Positions 12,110 to 23,506 of a DNA stretch of 61,084 bases are shown here, one piece after another (within the stretch, counting starts at the first letter, position 1; every line of letters starts with the position of its first letter). Source of the stretch: Catajapyx aquilonaris (taxonomy: Eukaryota). A model generated the notes under the pieces. The model did not search any database. It saw nothing but the letters and a program-made list of their open reading frames with translations, and was not told the origin of the DNA. The translations under genes and the position numbers were made by a program. Where the stretch lies: the NCBI GenBank assembly GCA_000934665.2, contig KZ538567.1, positions 1-61,084 of the forward strand, given 5' to 3'.

Positions 12110-15100
12110 ATGGCCCCCGTGGACCTGGAGCTGATGATGGAGACAATCGTGGCCACGAAACGTCTCCTGGAGCTTATGTGGCCTCGACTGGACACACTGG
12201 AACTGATCCTTCCTCGACTGGACACACTGGAGGATGGTGTGGGCGCCCTGAAGGAATGGGCCTGGTGTGGTGGGTGCAGAGTGAGTGAAGTGGAGGAAGG
12301 GGGTGAGTTGAAGGGGGACTTGCATTTTTTTAATTAAAAGGGGGTGACATATAAATGAGAGCTGAGAGTCATTGGAATGTGCTTTCCCTCTTCAGTTGCA
12401 GATGACATTCCAGGCAACTTACCTCCTGAAGCCCTCACTCCAGTCAATGTCCATGTTGAAACCGGAGATTCTGTGCCTGTGGACAACATAAAAGCTGAAA
12501 TGGATCAGTGCAAGACAGAGGAGGTAACGGTGGAGGATGAAGGACCACAAGGAATTGACGGTTGGGTGAGGATGAAATTGCTCATTCACTGGGTCTGGGG
12601 GGCCAAATCAAATAGATAGGTCAAAATTGTAAGAGACTATGACAGTGATGGTGTAAATTGGCCATATATTTGGCCTATTATAGAGGAATTTTTTAATGAG
12701 AGCACGTGACTCTTGGGCATCTCCATTGTTCTGACGACAAAGTTGCTATTAAAATTTACACCATAACTTCTTTATGAAATAATTGTGTGATCATGGTGTT
12801 CCTTTGCAATGATTGTGCCTAATATTAGTTTACACTATGGACCTGTAATGTATGGTTATATGGGTAATGTGAATGCACATTTTAACAAATTTTGTGATAC
12901 TTGGTGCATAGCCATACTATAATGAGAGCAACTGAGTGCACACCACAGTTCAAGCAGCTTGAATGGTTGCCATCATCAATGATTGTTGGTATGCTCTCTG
13001 TATTGGGTGAACCGGTAAAAAAAAAACACTGCACTTGTTTCCTGTGATGCGCTTGGAAGGGAACAAGGCTCTGAAAGAAACCTCAAAAGCTATAGGTGTA
13101 TGTAACTCTATTAATATGATTTTCAGTCAAGCTGAAGAGGACAGTTAAATGTTCCGTATCAATATACGGTAGGTAGTGAAATATTATTGTTGATGTGAAA
13201 TGAAAATTGTGTCCAAAATTAATTTATTTCACTGCAATAAAACATGTTGATCAGCATTGATAAAATTTATTCGTTCTCTAAAAGGGCTGTACAACTTTTG
13301 TGATTTGGTTACATTGTTCTTATGATGATACATCTGTGGGAGGTAGAGTATAAGTGTTTTGTAGATGGGATATACCGATCATTCCATGTCCATAGAAGTC
13401 ATGCTAATCCATGTATGGGAAGTCTCTCCAAGGAGCTTATGCTCTCTGGACAGACTAAAATCAATCAAATCAATCAATCAATCAAAGTTGATGAATGTTA
13501 CAACAGATAACAAATTTTTCATTGTGAACTGCTTGTCTAATGAGTAATGATCATATGAAAATTTGTTAGTACAATGGTAACGTGTCATCTCCTATGATGG
13601 TAGGATCCAGACTTGGAAGCAGGAGAAGATGGTCCATTGAAAAACATCAGTGAAATTGCTGCCTTCTCCGTTGAGATTCAGTCACATTCAGATGCAGAAG
13701 TTGCCAGTTTGGGAAACACAGGTATAATTTTGATTTGCACAGGATATTTTCATTATCTGTCTACCAAACTTCCGAGTTAACTGCTGCAGTGCACTGTAGA
13801 TTATATAGATGTAAACAATTTAGTCAAGAATAAATAGACCTTTCAACATTTCTTAATATCCAAGTGAAGGTTCTTGGGAGTACAGGGTTTTAGATATCTC
13901 TTATTATTTATAATTTAAACATTTTAAGAAGTATAGCATATTTCCATTCCATCACATTTCTGCAGGTGGAGAAGCAGCCTCCACATCTGGAGATGTCTTT
14001 TTGGAAGATTCGCCTGGACTCTCCACACTTAATGAGGGGGAGACACAGCAGGAAGCAGAACACTGGAACAGGCAAAATATTGAGGTAGGGTAAATTTTAT
14101 CATAATTTGGAAAGGAAACTATCAAGTATGATAAGAGGAGCTCTGGTATTGGTGTCCCTTCATATGGATATTGCAATGATGCCCTTGGAGCTGTTGAACA
14201 TTGCATGCTGGACACTCGGCGATGGACAACACAGGAGCTTGATTTCCAGTGTGGGACAAGTCAGAGCACTATGCTTAGGACTCTGAAAGACTGAAAGGTC
14301 TCACGAAGTTGGCATCCTCACTGGTTCCTTGCCATCTCTTAGAGGTGCAAAAGTGCCGCCATTTTGCCCTCGCTTGGAACTCTTTATCATGATATCATAG
14401 GCCACACTATTATTTTACTGCCCTAGGGTGCCGCTTCAGAAGTCTCCAGTGGCTCTGATCCTGATGGGGATGAATCCATGCCATCCGCTGCAGCTGACCC
14501 ATCAAGTGAACCATCTTCTGGCCCAAGCGGAAGTGTCACCAGGAACAAAAGGGCATCTGCAAATAAAGTTAAGGTGAAAAGAAAGAAATGTTTACCATTT
14601 TCAACAGTGAGAAAGACATTCTTTGGCTACATTGCAAAAGTTACATATTATGTGACTTTTGCAATGTAGCCAAAGATATTAAAATAATAGTGATCTATTA
14701 TATTCTACCAGTAATTTACAACAGATAATACATATTGATAGATAGCATTCCCAAGCTTGTGTGCCATTTCCAAAACATATAAACATATGCTCTGTTCGTC
14801 CCAGCCATTAAAGAATTTGATTGATTGTAGAATGTGAAAGCAGCTATGTCAGAGTAAGGCATATTATTCATAAGAGTGTGACAGGAAGTCACATAATTGG
14901 ATCAGGGGAACTGCAGTACATAATTATTGCTACAATAAGTAATTATCTGGCATGTTATTTACACATAATTACATCAGTCATTAAGAACGTAAAATACCTC
15001 ACTAGTAGCAAAGAATTGGGTGGATTTAGATGCTCATTATCACTGATTTTTCATGTTGCAGGTTCCTGTTTATGAGGACAAAGAGTACAGTGAGCAGTCC

Positions 15101-16410
15101 TTGTCTGATTTGAGTGACTCTGGGGATGAGTATATTCCTCCACATAGCTCACATGACAAGACCTGTGCTGCCTTGAAGAGGAAGAGGAAGAAGCGGAAAG
15201 TAAAGGTATGTTGTGCTGAATTATTTAGGAGCCATAAATTGCTGCAATTGCCTCTAGGGGATGGAAATTTCTCACTCCTAAGGCTGTTCATGATTCACCC
15301 AAGATCGGCAAATCATATGAGCGTGATTAGAGTATACTTTTTCATGTTTACTGCTTTTGTCCCCAACGTCTGTCACAGGGACTGAAACCACCCATAACTC
15401 ATTTTCGCCAAAAGTGGACTTACCCTTTTCCCCCTCCCTCCTCCTACCCTCAGACTGCCCCTTTCCCCATTAAAAAACCTATCCTATAGCAAACCCATCT
15501 TTTATACCTTTCATCAAAAAACCGCCAGACCACCAGCCCTGGCTGAAGGTCTAGATCAGTGGTTCCCAACCTATTTTGGGTCGCGACCCCCTTTTATAGT
15601 AGCCCCCCCTGAATATGTATTTAATTTGTGCAATAGTAGGCTAATGTTGAATATTATTTAAAGGATATCTGCAAAATGCAGTCAGATGAAACAAATACTT
15701 CGACAACCACTGGAGACTTTCATAGGGATGGTGGATCTTCAGATGATTTGTGTGTGGGCTTGAAACAGAAACCAATAAGGGAAAAAACAGCAAACAAGAA
15801 GAAGTCAGGATCAGTCCACACTCAAGTGAAGAAGAAGTTGACTGGCCATGAAAGACCCAGATCTGATGGTGGGCCTTACCCATGCAGTGATTGTGATAAG
15901 AGGTATACTACAAAGAAGGGGTTACAAATGCATAACAAGTATGCCCATCTTGGTGTGATGCCTTACTCATGTGACATGTGTGACAAGAAATTTCCTTGGA
16001 AGTCTCACATGGATATCCACAGGAGGACCCACAGAGGAGAAAAACCTTATCAGTGTGAATATTGCGAAAAATGTTTTTCTTCAAGTTCTCATTACCACTG
16101 TCATGTTCGGATTCACAAGGGATTGAAACCATTTCTTTGCACCGTTTGGGGCAAAAGATTTGGTCAGTCAGGAACCTTACACCGTCACATGTTAATTCAC
16201 TCAGGTGAGAAGCCTTTTGAATGTAGCACTTGTGGGAAAAGATTTAGTGGGTCAGGAGACTTACGCCGGCACATGTTAATTCACTCAGGTGAGAAGCCTT
16301 TTGAATGTAGCACTTGTGGGAAAAGATTTGTTCAGTCAGGACAATTATGCCGGCACATGTTAATTCACTCAGGTGAGAAGCCTGTGGGAAACAGTTCAAC
16401 CCAAAAATAA
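12110..16410 (+). CDS. C2H2 zinc-finger protein, tandem copy 3
   Basis: gccaccATGg start. Exons 12110-12302, 12396-12565, 13604-13721, 13966-14084, 14427-~14570 (donor uncertain), 15062-15205, 15664-16410. Six finger units; finger 4 has C>W (CTVW) and the terminal finger is destroyed by a deletion after GEKP. Confidence 0.8.
13252..13486 (+). mobile_element. 5'-truncated LINE 3' end with (AATC)n tail
   Basis: gttgat duplicated at 13246-13251 and 13487-13492. (aatc)n tail at 13459-13485. The site is empty in copies 1 and 2 (tgttgataagtgttata). Confidence 0.7.
15557..15610. mobile_element. hAT (Charlie-like) transposon terminus, fragment
   Basis: CAGTGGTTCCCAACCT terminus immediately preceded by gtctagat (NTCTAGAN target preference). 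No matching second end seen. Confidence 0.55.
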
Positions 16411-16869
16411 GCATTCAGACACACATGTAAAATTAAAGCATTAAGGTGTGTAGGATAAAAAGGACAATATTATTTTTCTTCACCCCTTCCCTTGAGGAAA
16501 TGATTGCATGATTATAGTAGCATATCAGATCATTAACAGCAAGCAAGATTTAGAGTCACTGAATTTTGTAGCAGCAGTACGAATTTAGTTCCCTGACAAT
16601 TAATAGTTGCTCAGGTGATTGTGAGCAACCTTTGATTATTTTGATGGCAGGAAGTCACCACATCCGAACAATATTTCAAATTGTTCGGCACTGAAATGAG
16701 CTCTGGATGTCCAAAATTGGGTCATATACTGTATATGATCCTGGCTTCACATTCAGATACAAGTGCCTGTGTATGCAAGTATTTCCAATGCAAAGTTGTG
16801 AGAAAGTTTATACAGGGAATGTCTGGAACAAATCAGCTAGCATATTTTTACTGGAAATGTTATTATGTA

Positions 16870-17011
16870 CTATGGGGCTCAAATTGTTTTGGCCACTTAA
16901 TCCTGGTCTTGAAGCAACCATTCACACACACGCACCTGCTTAACGTGGGACATGTGGGAAGGGTTGCTTCAAGATCAGGATAAAGTGGCCAAAACAATTT
17001 GAGCCCCGTAG
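16870..17011. mobile_element. Palindromic TA-flanked MITE; second copy at ~55107-55238
   Basis: ctatggggctcaaattgttttggccactt ... aagtggccaaaacaatttgagccccgtag with TA on both sides. Absent from the paralogous copy 1 region (~6320-6345). Confidence 0.85.
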
Positions 17012-17885
17012 TACATATATGTATACAAAGCATGACGTACATATACCAAGCAGGTAATAACCCTATTTTTTTTTGTTATACTCCTGATTAGAATATGTTG
17101 AAAATTTTTCCATGATTGTCAAAAATATATTTAGATGTATCGTGAATGTAAAAGATTGCAGGTGATCATGAAGGATATCACATGATTAAATAAGATATGG
17201 AAAGATTACAATCACAGGTGAAAAATATTGACTCGTTTTTCAGAGTGTGTTACTCCTAACTTGATGCATCGTTCTGCAAATTGTAAATTCGGGCGAGACT
17301 AAAAATTGCCATGGCCTGGCAGTAGTTCAAGTACACTGCAACTCTCATTCATTAAACTAAGACTGTCATGACACACAGGCTTATGTGTTCGTATTGCAAG
17401 CTGTCAACTCTTGCCGTGCACAGTTTTCCATAAAACTACTTGAAATAAAATGTAACAAAAATAATATATGTGTTTTAAGTGAATATGTGGGTTTCAGATC
17501 TGCATATCATCCAGGCATGCACATAGACCTCTAATATCAGGAACATCATAAAATCGGTGGATTGTTTAAGTGAGTAATTAAGTCAGCTGCTGTTACATGA
17601 AGCAACATTGAACTAATTTCATGTAGCATAGGGAATGTAACTTATAATTATATTATTTATATTATATATATTATATTATATTATATATATTATATTACAT
17701 TATTAGGAGCAGCCCACTAGTGTTGGAAGGAAATATCTCAAGACTCGGACAATTCTCTCTGAAACTGTTGGAATAAAGAGGTGCACCTTCTGCAAAACTT
17801 CTGGATCTCCTTGAGAAAATAAACTATTTTTCATTTAAGTCACATTAACATTGTTAAAGGGGGAAAAAATGATGGGCATCATTGC

Positions 17886-20801
17886 TTATATCCTCAGAGT
17901 GTCTTCTAGGATGGCCCTGGAGTCTGTCCATCTCCTGATCCTGGCAAAGAAACTGTACTCGGACGAGGAATCGCTTGACCTCCTCCGCCTCTTCCTCTCT
18001 GGACACCAGTTCAAGGGCCACAGAGTCACGGCGAGGGCCTTCCACAGGGTGGTTGACACGTACGCAGGGAGTATTGGGATGTACACGCCGCTCCTCATCC
18101 AGAAGGAGATCCAGGTCAGCAAGGGGAGGTCGTAGGCCGTAATCCCTGGGCTCCTCCTTTTCATCTTGGCCTCCCTCCTCTTGGGTTTTTCCAGGATTGC
18201 GACGTCTACCTCGTGCAGCATCAGGTGCCACTTGGTCACCCCTCGGTCGTTGCGGTCACCTGGGGCTGCCATGTCCAGGACTGTCCCGAGAATGAGCGAA
18301 ACCAGTATCCCGTTGGACAGGATGGCCGTCAAGAAGATGTCCACATCCGGATTGCCGGTAAGGTTCATGTAGTGGGCCACGTTGCGAACTGCGCCGTTCT
18401 GGGCCATCATATCCTGCACCCACAGTGGGATGAGCTGCATCCAGGAAGATTTCTTATTACATCACAAGCACAATGGAGTCCAATAGCCTTTTATGGGTTA
18501 TTGGGAAATTAATTAGCTGAACCATACCTGTCAACACCACTTTTCAGCTCCAAAATATCAATCCTCTATAAATAATCGCGGGTTTAAAAGCCATTGCAGT
18601 ATACTTACCAGTCCCATGGAAGTGGTTAGCCCAATGATGATGACGTTCCTAGGCGAGGACATATTGACCTGCGAGCTGATGGAGATCCCTGTGGTTGCCA
18701 CGATCCCTAACCAGTTGAGGATTATCCCGGCGATTATGGGCCTGGGTATGGCCAGGAGGAACCCAGCGGTCTTCCCGAAGATGGCCAGACCGATCAGGAG
18801 CAACGATGTGAGGTACATGATGAGCCTGCTTCCGACCTTGGTGCAGTCCACCAACGAGACGTTTTCCTGCATGGTGGTGAACCCCATGGAGGACCCAGTC
18901 AAGGCAGACTGCAAGGTGGCAATTCCTTCGACCAAGAAGCCGCGGTTGAGGGCATGATGCGGCGGATGAGCAAGGCCCAGAAACTCAGACATGACACAGT
19001 GGTCGTACACCGAGTTCATGATTCCGACGACCAAACCGGACATCATGATGGCGGTCTCTCCTCCGCCGAAGACCGGCTTTGACCAGAACTTCTGCACGGG
19101 CATAATGTACCACGGAGCATTGGTCAAGCCTTTCCATGCATCAGTGGGCCAGTTCCACTTTAACACAGCGCACAAGCCCCAGAGCAGGACCACAGTCAGG
19201 GTCAGCTGAGGATTGAGCAGAACAGTACACCAGTTCAGCAACTTTTGTTCAGTAAGTCCCTCCTAATAATTTGGCAACACTATACCTGGCCCACCCACCA
19301 CTTTCACATTTTTCTCCTAAGAGGCTTTTTCTCTCCGTCGGATGTTTGTCCGACCTGATTGTGTTGCTATCTCTCACAGGACGGTGGCAGGGTTTTCTAG
19401 TACGACACGCACGTTGGTGATGAGTCACCACGGGGACAAAGCCCACCAGGGTGCTATAACCTCGCCTCCATTGACGTGGGTCCCACCCTCTCTGACAGCT
19501 ATGCCCTTCCATTGTTTAACCAGTAAAGTGAAAACAATGGTAACTGCTACCTAGGCGATGAGTCAACATGGACAATCTTGTTGACAGAGAGAATAAGCGG
19601 ATTAGGTATATACAAATAGATTAATGCATACCGAGAAGCACGAAAAGATCGGCAGACGAGTAGTGATGAGCCCGCTTCTGCCAGATCCGGTCATGGGCAC
19701 TACAAGCGTTCTCAGCAACTGTGCAAACAGCAGCAGGGTAAATGTGGACCTGTGAAAACAGCGTGTTTCATAATGTCAAAGGTGAGAATAAGATGAGTGC
19801 ATTCATTTACGCCATGGTGAGGCCCGCGCCCTCGGCAGCCATGTCGAGTACGACGTTGCTTGTGGCCATGGTGATGCCGAGGGTGAAGATGCAGGCCGAG
19901 AGAGTGATTGGGGATATCTTCTTGACTATCAAGACTCCGAGTCCAGTGAGTCCCAATAGCATCTGTACGACGGCTATGATCACCAGTGGACCTCGAATGG
20001 CGTCCCGACGTGACTGGTACGTCTGGTCACGTACCTCCTCTGAAGACTTCATGTAGTGCTCCTTGTCGTAACAGTGGTTTTTGTTCATCAGTAGCGCCGA
20101 GTATGTCACGTAGAGGTAAAACAGGCTGGGACCAGACACCACGGGCAGACGGACACCGAGTAGGTTCTGCAGGAAGGTGGTCTCTCCGGTGATCAGAAGG
20201 ATGGAGCTCAGGAGTCTCTGGCTCTCCGGTTGGGTCGCATCCAGACACAAGAGCCCCATCAGGATGTGGAATGCAGCAGTGGCCATCACCATGGCCACTA
20301 TGCAGTGCTGACAAGGATTGGAAGTCAATTTCAGCAAAATGTCAAATTGTCCTGCCAAAGGTCATATAGTACTACCTGCAGTGTGTAGATGATGCACAGG
20401 TACCATGATGGGGTCTCGTTGACGTGAAAGAAGAGGCTGGATGCCGGCACGAATGCGTTGGAGGCGATGCTGGGCACCGAGATCTTTGTGGTATCGGAGA
20501 TGCCATCGCTGGCCACGCTCGCGGTTCTGGTGACCAAGCGCTTGTGCTTCTTTGGCACTGGGGCTATCGATTCGGACTTCGATTCGGATATCGTTGTGAC
20601 AGTCGATGAATCAGTCGACTGCAAAATGTCGCAAATAACATCTCATTAAACATCTCTTCAACTATAATAAACCTACTATAGGTTCTTGGTTGAACATAAC
20701 TACTAAATTAAGATTAAGTCAAGTGCATTACTTACCGTATCGGATTCGATGCTGGCTCGACGACCTCGACTACTTCGACGGTCTCGACGTAGGTAGTCCA
20801 T
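17886..20801 (-). CDS. SLC23/NAT (NCS2) family nucleobase-ascorbate transporter, ~689 aa
   Basis: Six phase-consistent GT-AG exons: 20801-20736, 20618-20376, 20307-19811, 19749-19632, 19205-18609, 18434-17886. Motifs: TM1 QH (LQ|HC), GVRLPVVSGPS, NRGFLVEG, NAT signature ENVSLVDCTKVGSR, VNMSSPRN, VLDMAAPG..RG and YDLP. Many hydrophobic helices. Confidence 0.92.
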
Positions 20802-21120
20802 ATCTGCTGGTGGCTGAAGTCACCTTTAACCTACTGCAAGACAGATACGCCGGAAAGGTTCGTGTTTGTTTACTGCAACAATGCCTTATGGCTCACCTAA
20901 GTAATGAACTAAACAAAGTTAATGTGGCCATTGTGGTTCATAAGAGCCATTCACACAGCGATGTGCCCGTTCTGAATCCGGTCTACTATAGTATTTCATG
21001 ACAACCCAAAGACAGCCGACAATGTCCAGACACTACATGAATCGTATGCGTATATGGTATGTATACAGAGGCTATTTCACGTCTATGTGACCGACGTTGA
21101 AATGGCAGTGGAAAAGTACC

Positions 21121-21360
21121 ATGGCGAGATTCCTGCGGGAAATGGGCCTTATTGGTGAAAAGCCCAGACCAGGACACATCAGCATCGTGTACAAGACAGC
21201 TGCACAGTGTGGCATGCCTTCAAGAATAATTCGCTTTTGGGAAGGGTACATTGTTGCTCTTTCCAACGGGGAACGTGGAACAGTGGAATGTACCTGTCAG
21301 ATCAGGAATCAGCGTGAGCTAAAAAATTTCACGATGCCAGACGGATCAACGCAGTGTTGA
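21121..21360 (+). CDS. Hypothetical 79-aa intronless ORF divergent from the transporter
   Basis: accATGg start context and protein-like composition. No recognised family. Confidence 0.25.
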   Translation: MARFLREMGLIGEKPRPGHISIVYKTAAQCGMPSRIIRFWEGYIVALSNGERGTVECTCQIRNQRELKNFTMPDGSTQC

Positions 21361-21396
21361 ATCGTAACAAATTCGCCATATCATCAGTTGCTGGTA

Positions 21397-21558
21397 CAGT
21401 ACTAGCCAATAATCGAGGCAACGACTAGCGACATTTTCCCGAAGCGGCAGAAGAAGGAATCGAAGATAAGCATGCTACGAGCCGGGCGAGTAAGATTCCT
21501 TCTTCTGCCGCTTCGGGAAAATGTCGTTAGTCGTTGCCTCGATTATTGGCCAGTATTG
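21397..21558. mobile_element. Tc1/mariner-type palindromic MITE
   Basis: TA-CAGTACTAGCCAATAATCGAGGC ... GCCTCGATTATTGGCCAGTATTG-TA, ~65-bp arms. Shares ctagcgacattttcc..gcggcaga with the 43316 family. Confidence 0.85.
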
Positions 21559-21965
21559 TACCTCAGGACACGGCCAGAAGTGACACCCCACACTGCGCCG
21601 ATCACCGGAGGTGGCGAAGAAAAGGCAAGTAATGGTGACAAATGAGAACCCAAACACCCAAGGGCACATCGCATCATGCGTGGGAGTGTCCCCGTCAACT
21701 ACTGTCCATCGCAAGATCTGAACTTGGAAGTACGTCACAAAGTCAAAGTTCATGGGCTGAAACCGAGTCACATTGCAGGTGGGGTGGGACAAAATTGACC
21801 TTCCTGCTTTAAAAATAAGTCTCATTGAATGAAAGCTTCGATGTTGGCTGATAGTCCGACTACAGGGGTATCACATACAACAACGTCGTTAGTGGCGAAT
21901 GGTTTCACACTATGTTATTTTAAATCGCAATTCGGTCACATAGAGGTGAAACAACCATGTATATA

Positions 21966-22229
21966 CAGTGTGTTCCAAATTCGTTCTAATTCGTTTAAAA
22001 AAAACTGATATCGCCTGATAGTACGAGCAGGATTTTTTTTGTAGCTTGTTGTGCCCCTAACCAGGTGCCCCATTCTACAGCAACTGCTACATTCAACCGC
22101 CTGGGAGTCGAATATAGCTGTTACTATAGAATGGGTCACTTGGTTAGTGGAACAATAAGCTATAAAAAGCAACTACCATCGGGCAAATTTCAGTTATTAA
22201 AAAACTACCCACGAATTTGGAACACCCTG
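21966..22229. mobile_element. Mariner-like MITE
   Basis: TA-CAGTGTGTTCCAAATTCGT ... ACGAATTTGGAACACCCTG-TA, plus an internal inverted repeat. Confidence 0.85.
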
Positions 22230-22289
22230 TATGTGTATAGACATGAAGGAATTTGTCAGATATTTGAACTTTTCCTGACCTTCCCCAAA

Positions 22290-22780
22290 TCTATAATATT
22301 TAAATCCTATTCATGTTGTATGGTTATGCCTTCTGATTGGTCCGCTGCATATTGTTACCGCGACTCTTCCGATTGGCCCCCTCACACAACAATACGAGCA
22401 GTGTCCCTTCATTGACACTGTTTACTCACATTGTAGAGGTCATTTCCATGGAAATCCCATGGCGATTAACAAACAATGTGAACTTCACCACCTCAGGCCG
22501 CAGACCTAGAAAAAGGGAGCGAAGCGATGGTTTTTCTAATAATATTAAAAACCCCATTCATGTTGTGTATGGTCATGCTTTCTGATTGGTCTGCCTCATG
22601 TTGTTACCGTACCGCGACCGCTTCCTATTGGGCCGCGTCCTGCGCATGCGCAATGGGGTGGAGGCAGCGCCTCTGGTGGGTGAGAGAAAAAACTGTTCAT
22701 TCGATCGCTGTCAGCCGGAGGGTCTACATCTCTCCCTTCCCCACCCTTGCACCCACTGAGCGAAGCGAGGTTTTTAAAAG
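22290..22780 (+). mobile_element. Head-to-tail pair of non-autonomous Helitron-like elements (family B)
   Basis: A|TCTATAATATT start and a shared ctgattgg..ttgttaccgcgac..ttcc.attggc core. Junction near 22535. Homologs at ~34845-35070 and 55250-55471. Confidence 0.7.
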
Positions 22781-23393
22781 TTTTTATTTAAAGCTTAGGA
22801 TTAGCCTAGTCACCTGCACTGTACTCTTCCATTCTTGCAAAATTAGGTCAAGATGAGGCGAGTCTGGTCCCCAGAGACCTGCAGTGTTAACAAATGTTTG
22901 GGGGGTGGGGGGGGGGGGGNGGGGGGGGGGGGGGGGCGAGTTGGTTCAATGGCACACGCTAACCTCCCAGGAGCAAATTTAGTCCTTATGCACATTTTAT
23001 GACTCGTCGGTCCCATTCTGCTGCGTACAACACATGTCCACATGCAGCTTGGCACGTGACCCATTTTACACTTATTTTTAGGACATAAAAGTATAGGATC
23101 TACGAGGTTTGGACCGTAAAAAATTATTACTTTCAACAATGTCAAACTATGCTCAATGGCTTTACCTGTCTAGTCCCTAGCATTAGAGAGAAAACGGGAG
23201 GCAAACAAGGCATTAGACACCTTGACAATAATTAGATTTGATCCTGGCGCATGCCAGGCTCGAAAACAATATTGCGATGCACCACCATCAAGGATGAGTC
23301 AGAAGCTTAAGAGCCTGGCTGCTCAACCTGTCATTCACGGTACACCATGCAGTGCGATTATTATTGCCATTAACCTTTAATACGACCTTTCCA

Positions 23394-23415
23394 ACTCTCT
23401 CTCTCTCTCTCTCTC
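23394..23415. repeat. (CT)n microsatellite
   Basis: Direct reading. Confidence 0.9.
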
Positions 23416-23506
23416 AGCCACAGACAGCTGGCCGTGACCTAACTGCATACCCAAAGTTGAAACCTAATCTGTACTGTGAGTTTGAGTAATTACGACATAC
23501 CCTGTA

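Larger units (their letters stand above)
95..17150 (+). repeat. Tandem triplication of a ~5-6.5 kb gene unit (~95-6700, ~6760-11200, ~11900-17150)
   Basis: Exons, introns and flanks align between units, e.g. 410-1700 with 7570-8840, 5880-6490 with 16410-17150, and 6765-6850 with 11910-12000. Confidence 0.92.

Noticed and set aside
17851..20649. Plus-strand and alternative-frame ORFs over the transporter
   Set aside because: Shadows of GC-rich coding exons on the minus strand.
22899..22936. Poly-G/poly-C tracts (also ~38209, 46956, 48810, 51364, 53754) as G-quadruplex elements
   Set aside because: Many contain an N or abut gaps, so their lengths are unreliable assembly junctions.
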